DNA of 64,000 nucleotides from Myxococcales bacterium (GTDB taxonomy: Bacteria; Myxococcota; Kuafuiibacteriia; Kuafuiibacteriales; Kuafuiibacteriaceae), in assembly GCA_019634385.1 (NCBI GenBank), contig JAHQVK010000170.1, positions 3,040 to 67,039 on the forward strand, in the 5' to 3' direction. Each line of letters starts with the position of its first letter. Position 1 is the stretch's first letter. Under the pieces are notes generated by a model. The model ran no database searches, was not told the DNA's origin, and saw only the letters and a list, made by a program, of their open reading frames with translations. The position numbers and the translations under genes were made by a program. Shown here one piece after another: positions 41,179 to 51,329 of the stretch.

Positions 41179-44100
41179 CTAAAAGATGGCATCCGTTCGG
41201 GGGGTGAGGTGGTGTTCATAGGCTGCCCGGAGTTCGGGTATAATCAGGATGTCCCTCGCTTCGTCTACACTGCGTAGGACTTCTCGTACTGTGGACTCGA
41301 GCTCAGTCTGTACCTGATCTGGGATCAGACTACGAACTCGCTGATGGGCTTCATCAATGGCTCGCCGGTTGGCAGAGCCATCGATACCGAGGATGCCAAA
41401 ATAGTCCCGTGTACGTACCATTTCTGCAAGGTAGCGCACCCGTTCCTGCTGGTTGAGCTCAGCGAGTTCTGAGTCCAAGAGACCATGGCTGTGGTGGTGA
41501 GTGGGAGCTGTTGTAGGTTGAGCGGCTGGAGGCTCGGCAAGTGTGTTGGAAGCAGCATGCGGGACAGTTGAAGTTAAAGATGGTGCAACTGAGGTCTTAG
41601 CGGAGGCTGGTGAGGGTTGCGCACGCACTGAGACTGGGGGCCGTTTCGTCTCTGGTGTTGAAGGTGTTGATGATTCCTTGGGGCGGATGCGTTGAGCGGG
41701 GGCCAACGGGAGGGAGCGACTCGGACGAATGAGCTTAGGTAGGTCGACGGTGTCCAGGCTGACTTGGGTACTTATAGAAGATGGATACTCTTTCTTGACC
41801 AAAGGACGCACCCGTTCAGCCAAGCCCTCATGAACCCAAACCAAGGCCCAAGCCAATGCTCTCGCAACCGGGATGCCTGACAAGCGAGCCGCCTCGTCCA
41901 AACTTCTGGCGCCGTCGAGGAGTTCGAGAATCGGAGCGGCTAAGGGCGGAACAAAGTGCTCACTGCCGGTGATGACCCGGATTGTATTTGAGCCTAACGC
42001 GAGCGCTTGTTCGAGCTCCGGTTGACTGGAGGCTCGAGGTAGCAGCTCCACCAACCATTCACGAAGGTTGCGTGGTTGCGCGACCAAGTCATCTGCTCCG
42101 AGATTGTTGTTCGACGACTCAAATTGCCAGGCACCCCGATGTTGTAAGAATCGGACCAAGCCATCTTCTAGATGGCGAGTTGGTAGGATCTGGGCGTCAT
42201 CGGTGTTGAGTATATTTCGAGCGGCCAGTTTGCGGGTAAGGGCGCGGGGTGATCGAAACGGAGCCAGTGTTAAGTCCCGTGCCTGACTCTCCGAGATTCG
42301 CCCCATATCAGCCATAAACCGGATGAAGCTGGTCATGACTGTGTTGCCGACTAAGCCTCGGGGTTCACCGTGAGCGACGAGCACTCCTGTATTCCGACCG
42401 AACCGAATTACGCCGGTTGAGCGCTGGGCTCGGCTGCGAAGGAGTAGCTCTACGAGGTTGTTTAGATGGTGAACCTGACCACTTTTCGGTAGCAGTTGAG
42501 AGGGGCGGAGGATGCCCAGGGCGAGAGTTGTAGAGAGTCGGCGAGGAGGTGGTTTCTCGATTGTCGAAGTGGTCGCAGATAACTCGTGGTCGTCAAGCAC
42601 GAGATCAGAGGCTACATTCGGGTGAAAGCGGTTGGCGCCTGTCATTGGCGGAAGGGATGGAGCTGTCTGATGGGGAGTGACGAGAGCGTCTTCGACAAAC
42701 TCGAGCACAAATACGTCTGGGCGGTCTGGTAGCGGGCTTTCGTAGACCTCTTCTGAGTTGGGCGTGGGGGCAACATCCGGTGCTCCGGCGTTGAGTCCGT
42801 CCGGTTCCAGATTCGCGTGCGGCTGTTCAGAGTTGGGCGTGGACACTGGAGTCTTAAACACCGGCGTGTTGAGTTGTTCCGGATGCGGGTTTTCAGGCGC
42901 TTCATCTGAATTAGATGCTTGCGGGGTGTCGGGTCCTGGGGACCCGAGCTTTTCCGGTTGCTCGGTACTGGCGTTCTCGAAGGAGGTGCTTTGCGATACC
43001 TCGTTCAGTGCTGGCCAGTCAGGGGTATCAGTCGCTGTGGGTGGTGGTTCGCTGGAGAGCGGAGATAAATTAGCAACGCTTTGTCTGCGATTGGTGATCG
43101 CTGGTGGTTGAAAGGCCAGTGCTTCAAGTCGTTGCTGGGCTTCCTGATCGTGGGGTGAGAAGCTCAACACGTGTCTATAGAGCGCTCTGGCTGCGTCAGG
43201 CATATTGCTGGCTAGGTAGAGCTCAGCGGCAATGCGGTAAGCATCTTGCGCGGCGAGGTGAGCTCCCGCGACTTCGTATTCTTCGGCTTGTTGAACCATT
43301 GTTGAAGCTTGCGAGAGTATGGAGGCCAGAGGAGTAGCGGCTTTCTTATTTTGAGGGTGTTTCAGCCAAAGGGTGGGTTCTTCATCCTCAAAAAGCCCAA
43401 CTTCATCCGGAGAATTACTCACTGGGAGTAGCGGCGACAACTGGTTCGACCCTAGGGAGTTGTCGTCCTGTATAAAGGTTCTAAGAGCTTGGTAACTTTC
43501 TTCCGAGATTGATGGCATCGGTTGGGAAGTGGGTATTCTGGCGGAGATGGTGGCGGTTTCCACCGCCGCCATCGGAAATTGCACATCGCGTGATTGGGGG
43601 GCGGACGCGGTTATACCGTCTGGTGTTAGCTCTTGGCCGATAGGCCGCGAATGGGTGAGTTCCGAGGTGTCTTCATCGGCCGGCCCCGCAACGAAAGCAT
43701 TGGCCGCTTCATCAATGCGAAGGTCGTCAAGAGGATCGTCCTGTTCTGAAGCTGCAAATTCAAAAAGGAGGTCTGAGAGCTTGGCGTCGTCGGTAACCGT
43801 TTGCTGATCCCGGAGTCGTTCCAATTCGGGTACCTGTGGACCTTCATGCTTGTCCAAGAATCCCTCCAGTTCAGGCATAGATAGCGGGGGGGGAGAAGCG
43901 TGAGGTGGACGACGAGTTCCATGTTTGGCCCAAGCTTGCGCGCGGCCAGCGAGGTATTGGAAGTCGCAAGGGAGTCGAAAAAAGTAGTCACCACCGTGAG
44001 CTAGGGCCTCGCTTGTGGATCGGATGGACGACCCTTCCTTACCGTAACCAAAGAACAATATGGGTACCTGATGAACTGATGATGCGCGTAGGATGTGGAC

Positions 44101-44292
44101 AATTTCATGGTGGGGTTCACCGTTTCCGTCCACGGAGAGTAGAACCGCGCTGATGGTGTTCTTCCGGCAGCAATAGACCACTTCTTCGCGATTGCTTGCG
44201 AACAGAGGTTGTAGCTGGTGACTGCGAAGTGCGTCATCAAGCGCCTCAAGAGCTTTGGTTCCAAAGTCCACCACTAGGATGTTCGTGTCCAC
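41179..44292 (-). CDS. large signalling protein: degenerate receiver domain, Pro/acidic linkers, TPR-like segment, DUF4388-like region, J-like C-terminus
   Basis: ILVVD...VPILF...GGDYF receiver-like; DYFGILG...DEARDIL..PELRAAYE J-domain-like without HPD. Confidence 0.7.
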   Translation of the reverse strand: MDTNILVVDFGTKALEALDDALRSHQLQPLFASNREEVVYCCRKNTISAVLLSVDGNGEPHHEIVHILRASSVHQVPILFFGYGKEGSSIRSTSEALAHGGDYFFRLPCDFQYLAGRAQAWAKHGTRRPPHASPPPLSMPELEGFLDKHEGPQVPELERLRDQQTVTDDAKLSDLLFEFAASEQDDPLDDLRIDEAANAFVAGPADEDTSELTHSRPIGQELTPDGITASAPQSRDVQFPMAAVETATISARIPTSQPMPSISEESYQALRTFIQDDNSLGSNQLSPLLPVSNSPDEVGLFEDEEPTLWLKHPQNKKAATPLASILSQASTMVQQAEEYEVAGAHLAAQDAYRIAAELYLASNMPDAARALYRHVLSFSPHDQEAQQRLEALAFQPPAITNRRQSVANLSPLSSEPPPTATDTPDWPALNEVSQSTSFENASTEQPEKLGSPGPDTPQASNSDEAPENPHPEQLNTPVFKTPVSTPNSEQPHANLEPDGLNAGAPDVAPTPNSEEVYESPLPDRPDVFVLEFVEDALVTPHQTAPSLPPMTGANRFHPNVASDLVLDDHELSATTSTIEKPPPRRLSTTLALGILRPSQLLPKSGQVHHLNNLVELLLRSRAQRSTGVIRFGRNTGVLVAHGEPRGLVGNTVMTSFIRFMADMGRISESQARDLTLAPFRSPRALTRKLAARNILNTDDAQILPTRHLEDGLVRFLQHRGAWQFESSNNNLGADDLVAQPRNLREWLVELLPRASSQPELEQALALGSNTIRVITGSEHFVPPLAAPILELLDGARSLDEAARLSGIPVARALAWALVWVHEGLAERVRPLVKKEYPSSISTQVSLDTVDLPKLIRPSRSLPLAPAQRIRPKESSTPSTPETKRPPVSVRAQPSPASAKTSVAPSLTSTVPHAASNTLAEPPAAQPTTAPTHHHSHGLLDSELAELNQQERVRYLAEMVRTRDYFGILGIDGSANRRAIDEAHQRVRSLIPDQVQTELESTVREVLRSVDEARDILIIPELRAAYEHHLTPRTDAIF

Positions 44293-44689
44293 GACAGGTA
44301 CTCAACAGTAGGGAGCCGTACACCTATCCCTTTCTGAGCAATTGCGAGCTCAAATACACGAAAGACAAGGTTTTTTGCGTTAACGAGACCGCTTGCTGCA
44401 AAGACTGAGCGATGATTATGAGACTTTCCCGGACAGCCCTACTCCGCACCACCAATGCAGTTTGATCGCCTTGTTGTACTGGCTAACTAGCTTCTTACTG
44501 AAAGAGGTTCCGGCCAGACACCAGCTTTGAGTCGCGTGGTACTCCTGGCGGAGCTTTGTTAGAAGGTTCGGTGGGGGGTAGCTGAAGCTGACAGATCACC
44601 GATCAAGGTGGACCTTTCTTTGATCACCAGACGTATGGGTCAATTTAGGGATGAGTTAACGATCACGCCCGACATGAAAAAACACGCCC

Positions 44690-44710
44690 GCTAGATCAAC
44701 CGGCTGCTAG
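44690..44710. repeat. solo end of MITE family D at the kinase stop codon
   Basis: GCTAGATCAACCGGCTGCTAG is the exact reverse complement of 3644-3664. Confidence 0.7.
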
Positions 44711-45993
44711 TAGGTTCGGCTGATAAACCAGAGCAGGCCCAGGAAGAGGGTTGCGGTGAGGGTGATGACCGTTGTGTATAGTCTGTCGGCTGGGTTCCAG
44801 CGGCAGCCGAAAAGTGCTCGAGATGGGATGGAGGAGGGTGAACGTTGGGGGAATTGGGCCTCCTCGAATCGCGGCCGGGACCGAGCCGCTCTGGTTAGTG
44901 GTGCGTTTAAGGAGTGGGGACGACCATTGCTTGTTGTGGCTCTTCGACGCTTTTGGAGGGTGCCCTGGAGGCTTGGTGCTCGAGCAAGAAGCTTCAGTTC
45001 GTCAGCGGGAAGGACAATCGTTTGGCCGTACAACTCTCCTTCGTTGTGTTGCATCACCTCATGACGACGCTCTACAATGGTTGGCCAAGTTTGGTGAACA
45101 ACCTCCGCAATGGCTTGGGTCGTCAGTCGCAGCTCCCTCGTTGCTCGGAAGCTGCCCAGGGCTCGTTCGAATTGACGGGCTGAGCGGTGACGAGCGCTGA
45201 CATTCGGACTTAGGGCCTTCTCGATGATAGCAATCAGGCCGGGATCAGCGTTGGGAATCCGCAGTCCGATGGGCTCGTAGTCACCCGATGCAACCCGGTA
45301 CAATAGGGTGGCGATGGTCTCTTGAGGGTAGAGACACTCTCCAGAAACCATCTCAAAGAGCGTCGCGCCGAGGGCGAAGATGTCAGCACGAGCATCGGTA
45401 GGATCTCCTCGGGCTTGTTCCGGTGCTAGCGAGCGGGGTCGGCCGCGTATAATGCCCGGCTGAGTTAGATCTTGTCCGTTGAGCTTGGCGAGTCCGAAGT
45501 CTACCAATTTGGGAACTCCGTCGTGACCAATCAGTACGTTCTCAGGAGCGACGTCTCGATGTACAATACCGAGCGGTGTACCATCAGGCTGGCATCTCTC
45601 ATGAGCGTGCGCTAGCCCTTGCGCGATCTGCATCGCTAATCCGCAGGCCACGTTCAGCGGTAGTCGGGCAGATCGGCTTTTGTATGCCTCCAGAATCTCC
45701 GCAAGGGTGGGGCCGGCAACCAATTCCATTACGAGAAATAGTTCGTTTTTAGCTTTGCCGACGTCGATGACCTCCACGATGTTGTGGTGCTCGAGGGTGG
45801 AAGCAACAAGCATCTCGCGGAGAAATAATGGAAGGAGGTTTTCGTCCGTCGCGTTTTGCTCCATCATCCGCTTGACCGCTACGGTGCGGCTGATATCGGG
45901 GGCGCTGGCCTCGTACACTTCACCCATACCTCCAGCGGCGATCAGACGGTGTAGATGATATATCCGGTCGGTTGATCGCGCGCGGAGGACCAC
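44707..45993 (-). CDS. Hanks-type Ser/Thr protein kinase with C-terminal TM helix
   Basis: GGMGEVY, VAVK, HRDVAPEN, DFG, APE and DIFALG motifs. Confidence 0.93.
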   Translation of the reverse strand: MVLRARSTDRIYHLHRLIAAGGMGEVYEASAPDISRTVAVKRMMEQNATDENLLPLFLREMLVASTLEHHNIVEVIDVGKAKNELFLVMELVAGPTLAEILEAYKSRSARLPLNVACGLAMQIAQGLAHAHERCQPDGTPLGIVHRDVAPENVLIGHDGVPKLVDFGLAKLNGQDLTQPGIIRGRPRSLAPEQARGDPTDARADIFALGATLFEMVSGECLYPQETIATLLYRVASGDYEPIGLRIPNADPGLIAIIEKALSPNVSARHRSARQFERALGSFRATRELRLTTQAIAEVVHQTWPTIVERRHEVMQHNEGELYGQTIVLPADELKLLARAPSLQGTLQKRRRATTSNGRPHSLNAPLTRAARSRPRFEEAQFPQRSPSSIPSRALFGCRWNPADRLYTTVITLTATLFLGLLWFISRTY

Positions 45994-46184
45994 GGGAGGA
46001 AGCTATCATGAATCTACGGACACGATGATGACCATGATTGGTGGCCGTCTCCGGGAGGGACGAGCGGCGAGAGTTTGCGCGTGCTCGGATTAGTCACCTG
46101 TTTGAGTGGGATACACTTATCATCTGAGGGGTTGCGGTTAGACATTCGGCTTATCTAGGTTAAGAGTGGCAAACCTAGCACTTC

Positions 46185-47981
46185 ATGCGACCGATCGATG
46201 GTAATACCCACGGCCTAAAAGCCCGCCAACTTCAACGCCTTGAGGCTACTTTCCGCCGTCGTGTCAAAGGGGAACTGCTTGTCACGACCGAGCTCACCCG
46301 ACATCTCTGTGACCTGAGTCGCGAAATCAATCGCCAGATCGGTGTGCTGCTCGATCGGAGTGGGCTCATCCAACGAGTGGTTGTTGGTGAGCCGTCTCGG
46401 CTCTATCTCCCTGATATAGGTCGCGTCCGAGGGGGACGTAGCCGCTTTAGAGGCCTGCGCTTGCTCCGCACGGAGCTTCGCGCTCAAGGCCTCACACGGG
46501 AGGATCTAGCGGACCTTAACAAGCTGCGTTTAGACGCGGTGTTAGTCCTTGAGGTCGATCCGGTGGGTCACGCTGGTTACGTCCACTGGGCTCATTTGGT
46601 GCCTAATAACCGAGAGCGCACGGTCACGCCCACGCAAGAGAGTTTCCGCAGCGTACACGAACTCCCACCGGATGCGATGGCTCTGGTTCGTGCTGCTGAG
46701 CAAGAAATGGGGCGCCTGTTTGCTGGGGATGCGCTTGATGTTGAGCGGGATGCCGCGGTGCTCGTGGGTGTATGGCCAACCGGACCGAAAGCTCGTCGGG
46801 AGGCTGAGGCCTCGATGGCGGAGCTTTCGGAGTTAGCTCGCACCGCCAACGTTCGGGTGTTGAATGAGGTGATTCAAATCCGCAAGCAGGTGGATCCCAA
46901 GACCGTCCTGGGGATGGGCAAGCTTGAAGAGCTCACGTTGCAGGCTCTGGAGTTAGGGGCGGAAGTCCTTATTTTTGACCGTAATCTCTCCCCATCTCAG
47001 CTGAGAGCGATCACCAACGAGACGGACCTCAAGGTGCTTGATCGTACTCAACTTATCCTCGATATTTTCGCCCAGCACGCAAAGAGTCGAGATGGGAAGC
47101 TTCAGGTTGAGCTTGCCCAGTTGAAGTACGCTTTGCCCCGCTTGATCGACCGATCTACCGCGATGTCTCGGTTGACCGGGGGAATCGGTGGGGTTGGGCC
47201 GGGCGAAACAAAACTTGAAATCCACCGACGTCGGGCGCGCGAACGTATTCATCGGCTGGAACAAGACATTGCCAAGCTGAGTGTCCACCGTTCAGTGCGT
47301 CGCAAACGACGAGAATCGTTCAGAGTACCCGTAGTGTCGATCGTGGGCTACACCAATGCCGGTAAATCGACCTTACTAAACGCCCTGACTCATTCCGAAG
47401 TCCTAGCGGAGAACAAGCTGTTTGCCACCTTGGACACTACGACCCGACGCTTACGGTTTCCGGAAGAGCGGGAGATTGTTCTGACCGATACCGTTGGCTT
47501 TATTCGTGATTTGCCGCAGGATTTGCTGAATGCCTTCAAGGCGACCCTTGAAGAACTGGAAGAATCGGACCTGATTCTTCATGTCATCGATGCTTCGGAC
47601 CCGCAGGTTGATCAGAAGCGCCAAGCAGTTGAAGGCATTTTGGCTGAGCTTGCCCTCGAGGGTCTCGACCGGTTGGTTGTCGTAAACAAGATCGATGAGA
47701 CACCAAAACCGATGGTGTCTGCGCTGAAGAAGGTGACTCGAGGGGTTGCGGTGAGTGCTCTTCAGCGAGAGGGTTTTGATCTGTTGCTGAAGCAGATCGA
47801 ACGTCACTTATTTGAGGGGCTAAAGGTGCAGCCGCCCACGGAACAGTCGGCTCGTGATTGGCTTTATCGCAACCGCCTTTCTCACTTTGGTGGGGATGAG
47901 ACTTCGTTTGGTGGTGGGGATGAGACCTCGAAGTTTCCGGCTGCTAACGAAGGGCTTGCGCCGACCAGTGAAGTCCGGTGA
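46185..47981 (+). CDS. hflX: ribosome-splitting GTPase HflX (long form)
   Basis: GPGETKLE, GYTNAGKS, LFATLD, DTVG and NKID motifs. Confidence 0.96.
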   Translation: MRPIDGNTHGLKARQLQRLEATFRRRVKGELLVTTELTRHLCDLSREINRQIGVLLDRSGLIQRVVVGEPSRLYLPDIGRVRGGRSRFRGLRLLRTELRAQGLTREDLADLNKLRLDAVLVLEVDPVGHAGYVHWAHLVPNNRERTVTPTQESFRSVHELPPDAMALVRAAEQEMGRLFAGDALDVERDAAVLVGVWPTGPKARREAEASMAELSELARTANVRVLNEVIQIRKQVDPKTVLGMGKLEELTLQALELGAEVLIFDRNLSPSQLRAITNETDLKVLDRTQLILDIFAQHAKSRDGKLQVELAQLKYALPRLIDRSTAMSRLTGGIGGVGPGETKLEIHRRRARERIHRLEQDIAKLSVHRSVRRKRRESFRVPVVSIVGYTNAGKSTLLNALTHSEVLAENKLFATLDTTTRRLRFPEEREIVLTDTVGFIRDLPQDLLNAFKATLEELEESDLILHVIDASDPQVDQKRQAVEGILAELALEGLDRLVVVNKIDETPKPMVSALKKVTRGVAVSALQREGFDLLLKQIERHLFEGLKVQPPTEQSARDWLYRNRLSHFGGDETSFGGGDETSKFPAANEGLAPTSEVR

Positions 47982-48020
47982 CTTCGAGAACCAATGGGCA
48001 TGGAGACGGTGGGAGGGGTG

Positions 48021-49112
48021 TCATTCCGGAGCTAGACCCGCCCAGTCTCTCCAAGCTTGGGCGATCTCTGCTTGGGCATTGGCTCGAGTGGGATTGCCAA
48101 AACTTTGCCCGGTGATGTGCTCAAGAATGGCGATGACTCGTTGTCCTAAAGTGTTGGAAATGATTCTTCGCTGACCCACACGGGTGTTTCGAATGGCTAG
48201 GGCATCGGTACTGGCCGCGTATTCCGCGAGTAGGGGAGCGATCATCTGTCCTTCACCGACAAGTTTCTCCACCGCTCGGACGACCAAGTGACCATCGTTG
48301 TCTTTAAGATTTTCTACTGCGGCTTGCACAGTCGCGATGAGTACATCGGAGAGAGTAGAACGGCGGACCCGGTTTCCAGACTTCTTGTGTTGACGAAGGT
48401 CACTAAGAACATTCGGCTTTCGGCCGACTCTGATCGCGATGACCAGCGAGTTGCGGGTCATAACCCGAATCTCCCGAGGTTGGATACCTACGAGGACCGC
48501 GCCGCGGGGTAGAAGATCGCCGATCGCATAGGAGCGTACTTCTCCACTTAATTGGTCCTCGATCAGTGCTCGTCGGTTTTCCCAGGCCATACGTGATTTG
48601 CGGGTGCGTTGAAGCCTCAGCTGCAGGTTGGCAGGAGGAGCATCGACAGCGAAGTCTTTCTGGATCTCAGGTGGTACGGCTGGGCGACCTGGTTGAGCAA
48701 GAACTGGCTTGGGAGTCACAGGCACTGCGACCGGAGGCTTGCCGAGGCTGACCGATGCGAGGGTGTTTCTAGATTTGTTTGGTGCGGTCTTGATTGTTGT
48801 TCTCGTCTGGGCTGGCGCAGGGCGGTTAGCAGTTGGCTTCTGCCTTACTAGAGAAATGTTTGCGACTTTGGATGGAGTGCCTGACCTCCTTGCTGTGGAT
48901 ACTGATGGGTTGTTGGGCTCCGAGATAAATTTGGGCTCCGAGATTAGCGGCTGGGGATCTGTGGTACAATCAGCGCCGAGGGGCCTCGGACTCACATTGC
49001 TCGGTGAGGTTTCGGCGGTGGCCGTCAGATGGATGGTGATACGTTGAGGTTCCCGACTACATTGCGCATTGAGTAAAACGACAAACCCCATCAAGGCGAA
49101 CCAACGATTCAT
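48021..49112 (-). CDS. exported hypothetical protein with a GspC/PilP-like beta domain
   Basis: Signal MNRWFALMGFVVLLNAQC, Pro-rich linker, ALIEDQLSGEVRSYAIGDLLPRGAVLVGI; start placed at ATG 49112. Confidence 0.55.
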   Translation of the reverse strand: MNRWFALMGFVVLLNAQCSREPQRITIHLTATAETSPSNVSPRPLGADCTTDPQPLISEPKFISEPNNPSVSTARRSGTPSKVANISLVRQKPTANRPAPAQTRTTIKTAPNKSRNTLASVSLGKPPVAVPVTPKPVLAQPGRPAVPPEIQKDFAVDAPPANLQLRLQRTRKSRMAWENRRALIEDQLSGEVRSYAIGDLLPRGAVLVGIQPREIRVMTRNSLVIAIRVGRKPNVLSDLRQHKKSGNRVRRSTLSDVLIATVQAAVENLKDNDGHLVVRAVEKLVGEGQMIAPLLAEYAASTDALAIRNTRVGQRRIISNTLGQRVIAILEHITGQSFGNPTRANAQAEIAQAWRDWAGLAPE

Positions 49113-49286
49113 GATTTCTTGTCCTTGGGTACGTGCACCTCGCCGGTGGCAGGCGCATAGACCACGTGAGTATCCTCGACGGTAATGCACGGAGAGACCA
49201 GCACTGATCCTCATTGCTACGCAAAAGGTGCTGCTCTACGGTCTAGTGGCAGGGGAATGTGCCTGAAGAATGGGGATCACGCGGCG

Positions 49287-49457
49287 CTAGAGCGTGTTTT
49301 TAAGGTTGGCTGTGGTCTTTTTGCCCGCCCCCCACTTCAAAGGCCTACGTCGTCCTCTCGGTGCGTGGGCCTCTCGAGTAGTCACAGATTCAGTACATTA
49401 GGGTGTGTGTCTTTAACCTCCGGACCGCGTTCTGACGCGGGATACGGCATGCTCTAG
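49287..49457. mobile_element. MITE-like family E (CTAGAGCGTG...CATGCTCTAG) containing an internally deleted family A fragment (49398-49448)
   Basis: 10-bp terminal inverted repeat with 1 mismatch; TTAGGGTGTGTGTCTTTAACCTCCGGACCGCGTTCTGAC fused to GCGGGATACGGC. Confidence 0.6.
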
Positions 49458-50464
49458 TGCTGCTCGTGTTTGAGGTTTCTGCGCATCAGGTCCCGCACTG
49501 CATCGGGTACAGGCTTATCATGATGGAGAATACGGCTCACCTGCTCAGTGATAGGCATTTCCACGGCATGGTGTTCTGCGAGGGCCCGAGTGGCGGTGCA
49601 TGTTTCGACCCCCTCTGCGACCTGACCCATCTCTTGCAGAATGACGGAGAGCTTATTCCCCTGACCGAGAGCCAGTCCTACTCGGCGGTTGCGAGAGAGG
49701 TCACCAGTACACGTCAGAACCAAGTCACCCATACCACCCAGTCCGGCCAAGGTCATAGGATCGGCTCCGAGCTGGACCGCAAGGCGAGTCATTTCAGCGA
49801 GGCCGCGGGTCATAAGAGCCGCGCGAGTGTTGTTGCCCAACCCAAGTCCGTCAGCACAGCCGCAGGCAATAGCTACGATGTTCTTTAGAGCACCACCGAT
49901 CTCTAACCCAATTACGTCGTGAGTTATGTAGGCCCTTAACCAATCAGTGGAGAGGAGATACTGCACTTCGGTGGCGAGATCGGTGTTCTGGGACCCGACA
50001 ACGACTGCGGTTGGAACATGTGCGGCAACTTCTCGAGCAAACGAAGGGCCGCCGAGGAAGCAGATTGGGTGACCAGGTACAGTGCTCGCGAGTACCTCCG
50101 ACATTAGCTGCAGCGATCCCAGTTCTATCCCCTTGGAAGCGCATACGACCGGTGTTCCGGGACGAAGGTGGGGACGCGCGGTTTGCCAGATGACCCTTGT
50201 GGCTTGGGACGGCAGCACTGAGAATACCCAGTCTACGTGGTCCAACGCCTCCTGCAGATCGGACGTTATATTAATGGAAGCGGGGAGGGTGTAGCTCGGG
50301 AGATAAGGGGTGTTTTCGCGAGTAAGTCGCATGGTTTCAGCGAGTTCTTCTCGCCGAGACCACAACTGTACTTGCATGCCTGCATCACAGAGATGGATTG
50401 CGAGGGCAGAGCCCCAGCTGCCGGAGCCGATCACCGCAATACGAGTCCTGCGATGCCCATTCAT
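49454..50464 (-). CDS. gpsA: NAD(P)H-dependent glycerol-3-phosphate dehydrogenase
   Basis: GSGSWG, SKGIE, GPSFA, GGALKN and GDLVLTCTGDLSRN motifs. Confidence 0.97.
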   Translation of the reverse strand: MNGHRRTRIAVIGSGSWGSALAIHLCDAGMQVQLWSRREELAETMRLTRENTPYLPSYTLPASINITSDLQEALDHVDWVFSVLPSQATRVIWQTARPHLRPGTPVVCASKGIELGSLQLMSEVLASTVPGHPICFLGGPSFAREVAAHVPTAVVVGSQNTDLATEVQYLLSTDWLRAYITHDVIGLEIGGALKNIVAIACGCADGLGLGNNTRAALMTRGLAEMTRLAVQLGADPMTLAGLGGMGDLVLTCTGDLSRNRRVGLALGQGNKLSVILQEMGQVAEGVETCTATRALAEHHAVEMPITEQVSRILHHDKPVPDAVRDLMRRNLKHEQH

Positions 50465-50507
50465 CAGACAGTCAGCATACTACTGTTCTAATGAGGCGGA
50501 TCATGTT

Positions 50508-51203
50508 TCAACGTGCTGGAGCGAAGAGTTGCTCCAACAGTCGGTGTTTTTGCACATATTGAAGTGCAGCATCTCCCACGTTTGTCGAGATACGTGGGAA
50601 TGGAGGATATTCGTTGGCGTGCGAGAAATGCTCGCGTGCGGATGAATCACTAGGTGGAGACTTCTTCGCGTGCGGATCCGCACTGCCTTCATTGACAATG
50701 ATTGCTTGTACCGAAAACGGGGGTAAGGGGAGGGTGGAGGTGTTCCCATGCATTAGAAGTAGTGGGGCATTTATTCGCGCTACGAGGTCGGGCCCGGTCC
50801 CGTCTTCAGTGATCGGGCCGTCGACGGGCCCTGGAAGCTCAACAAATAGAACATCCCCATGCTCACCAGCCACCCGAATGGCCTGCTCTAAGTGATCCAA
50901 ACGGAGGCTTAGTCCTGACGCGCGGGTCGCTTCGAGTGGGCTGCTGTCTCGCTGGACGAATCGATAGGGCACCATCACTAGCGGGGGCATGGGATGTCCC
51001 CGAGCTTTGGCTAGTCGTAGACCATCATCAGATATGAGGTCATGATCCTCACCATGATGACAGTCTACGTCGATCGGCTTGATAGCTGCTGGGTGGCCAC
51101 CGAGCTCGATCGCCCGGCGCATCAGCGCCACGCACATCGTGGTTTTGCCAACGCCGGAACAGTTCCCCGCGATGAACAAGGTGGGCGGGTGCGTACGGCT
51201 CAT
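50508..51203 (-). CDS. divergent dethiobiotin synthase (BioD)-like P-loop protein
   Basis: GVGKT and KP motifs present; EGAGG replaced by ELPGP; C-terminal part shortened. Confidence 0.6.
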   Translation of the reverse strand: MSRTHPPTLFIAGNCSGVGKTTMCVALMRRAIELGGHPAAIKPIDVDCHHGEDHDLISDDGLRLAKARGHPMPPLVMVPYRFVQRDSSPLEATRASGLSLRLDHLEQAIRVAGEHGDVLFVELPGPVDGPITEDGTGPDLVARINAPLLLMHGNTSTLPLPPFSVQAIIVNEGSADPHAKKSPPSDSSAREHFSHANEYPPFPRISTNVGDAALQYVQKHRLLEQLFAPAR

Positions 51204-51329
51204 GGACGGGTAGCGTTAGCGAAAGGACAGACGGCCGTCAAAGTACCGGCTCGGCTAATTATCTTGAGTCGATACTCTGCAGCAGATCTCCAGCCGCTTT
51301 TGGGACCTAGTCTGCGCCGCCTTCGTCTT

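Noticed and set aside
47886-47930. 24-bp-period duplication in the hflX tail (GGDETS twice)
   Set aside because: Simple local duplication in a non-conserved C-terminal extension
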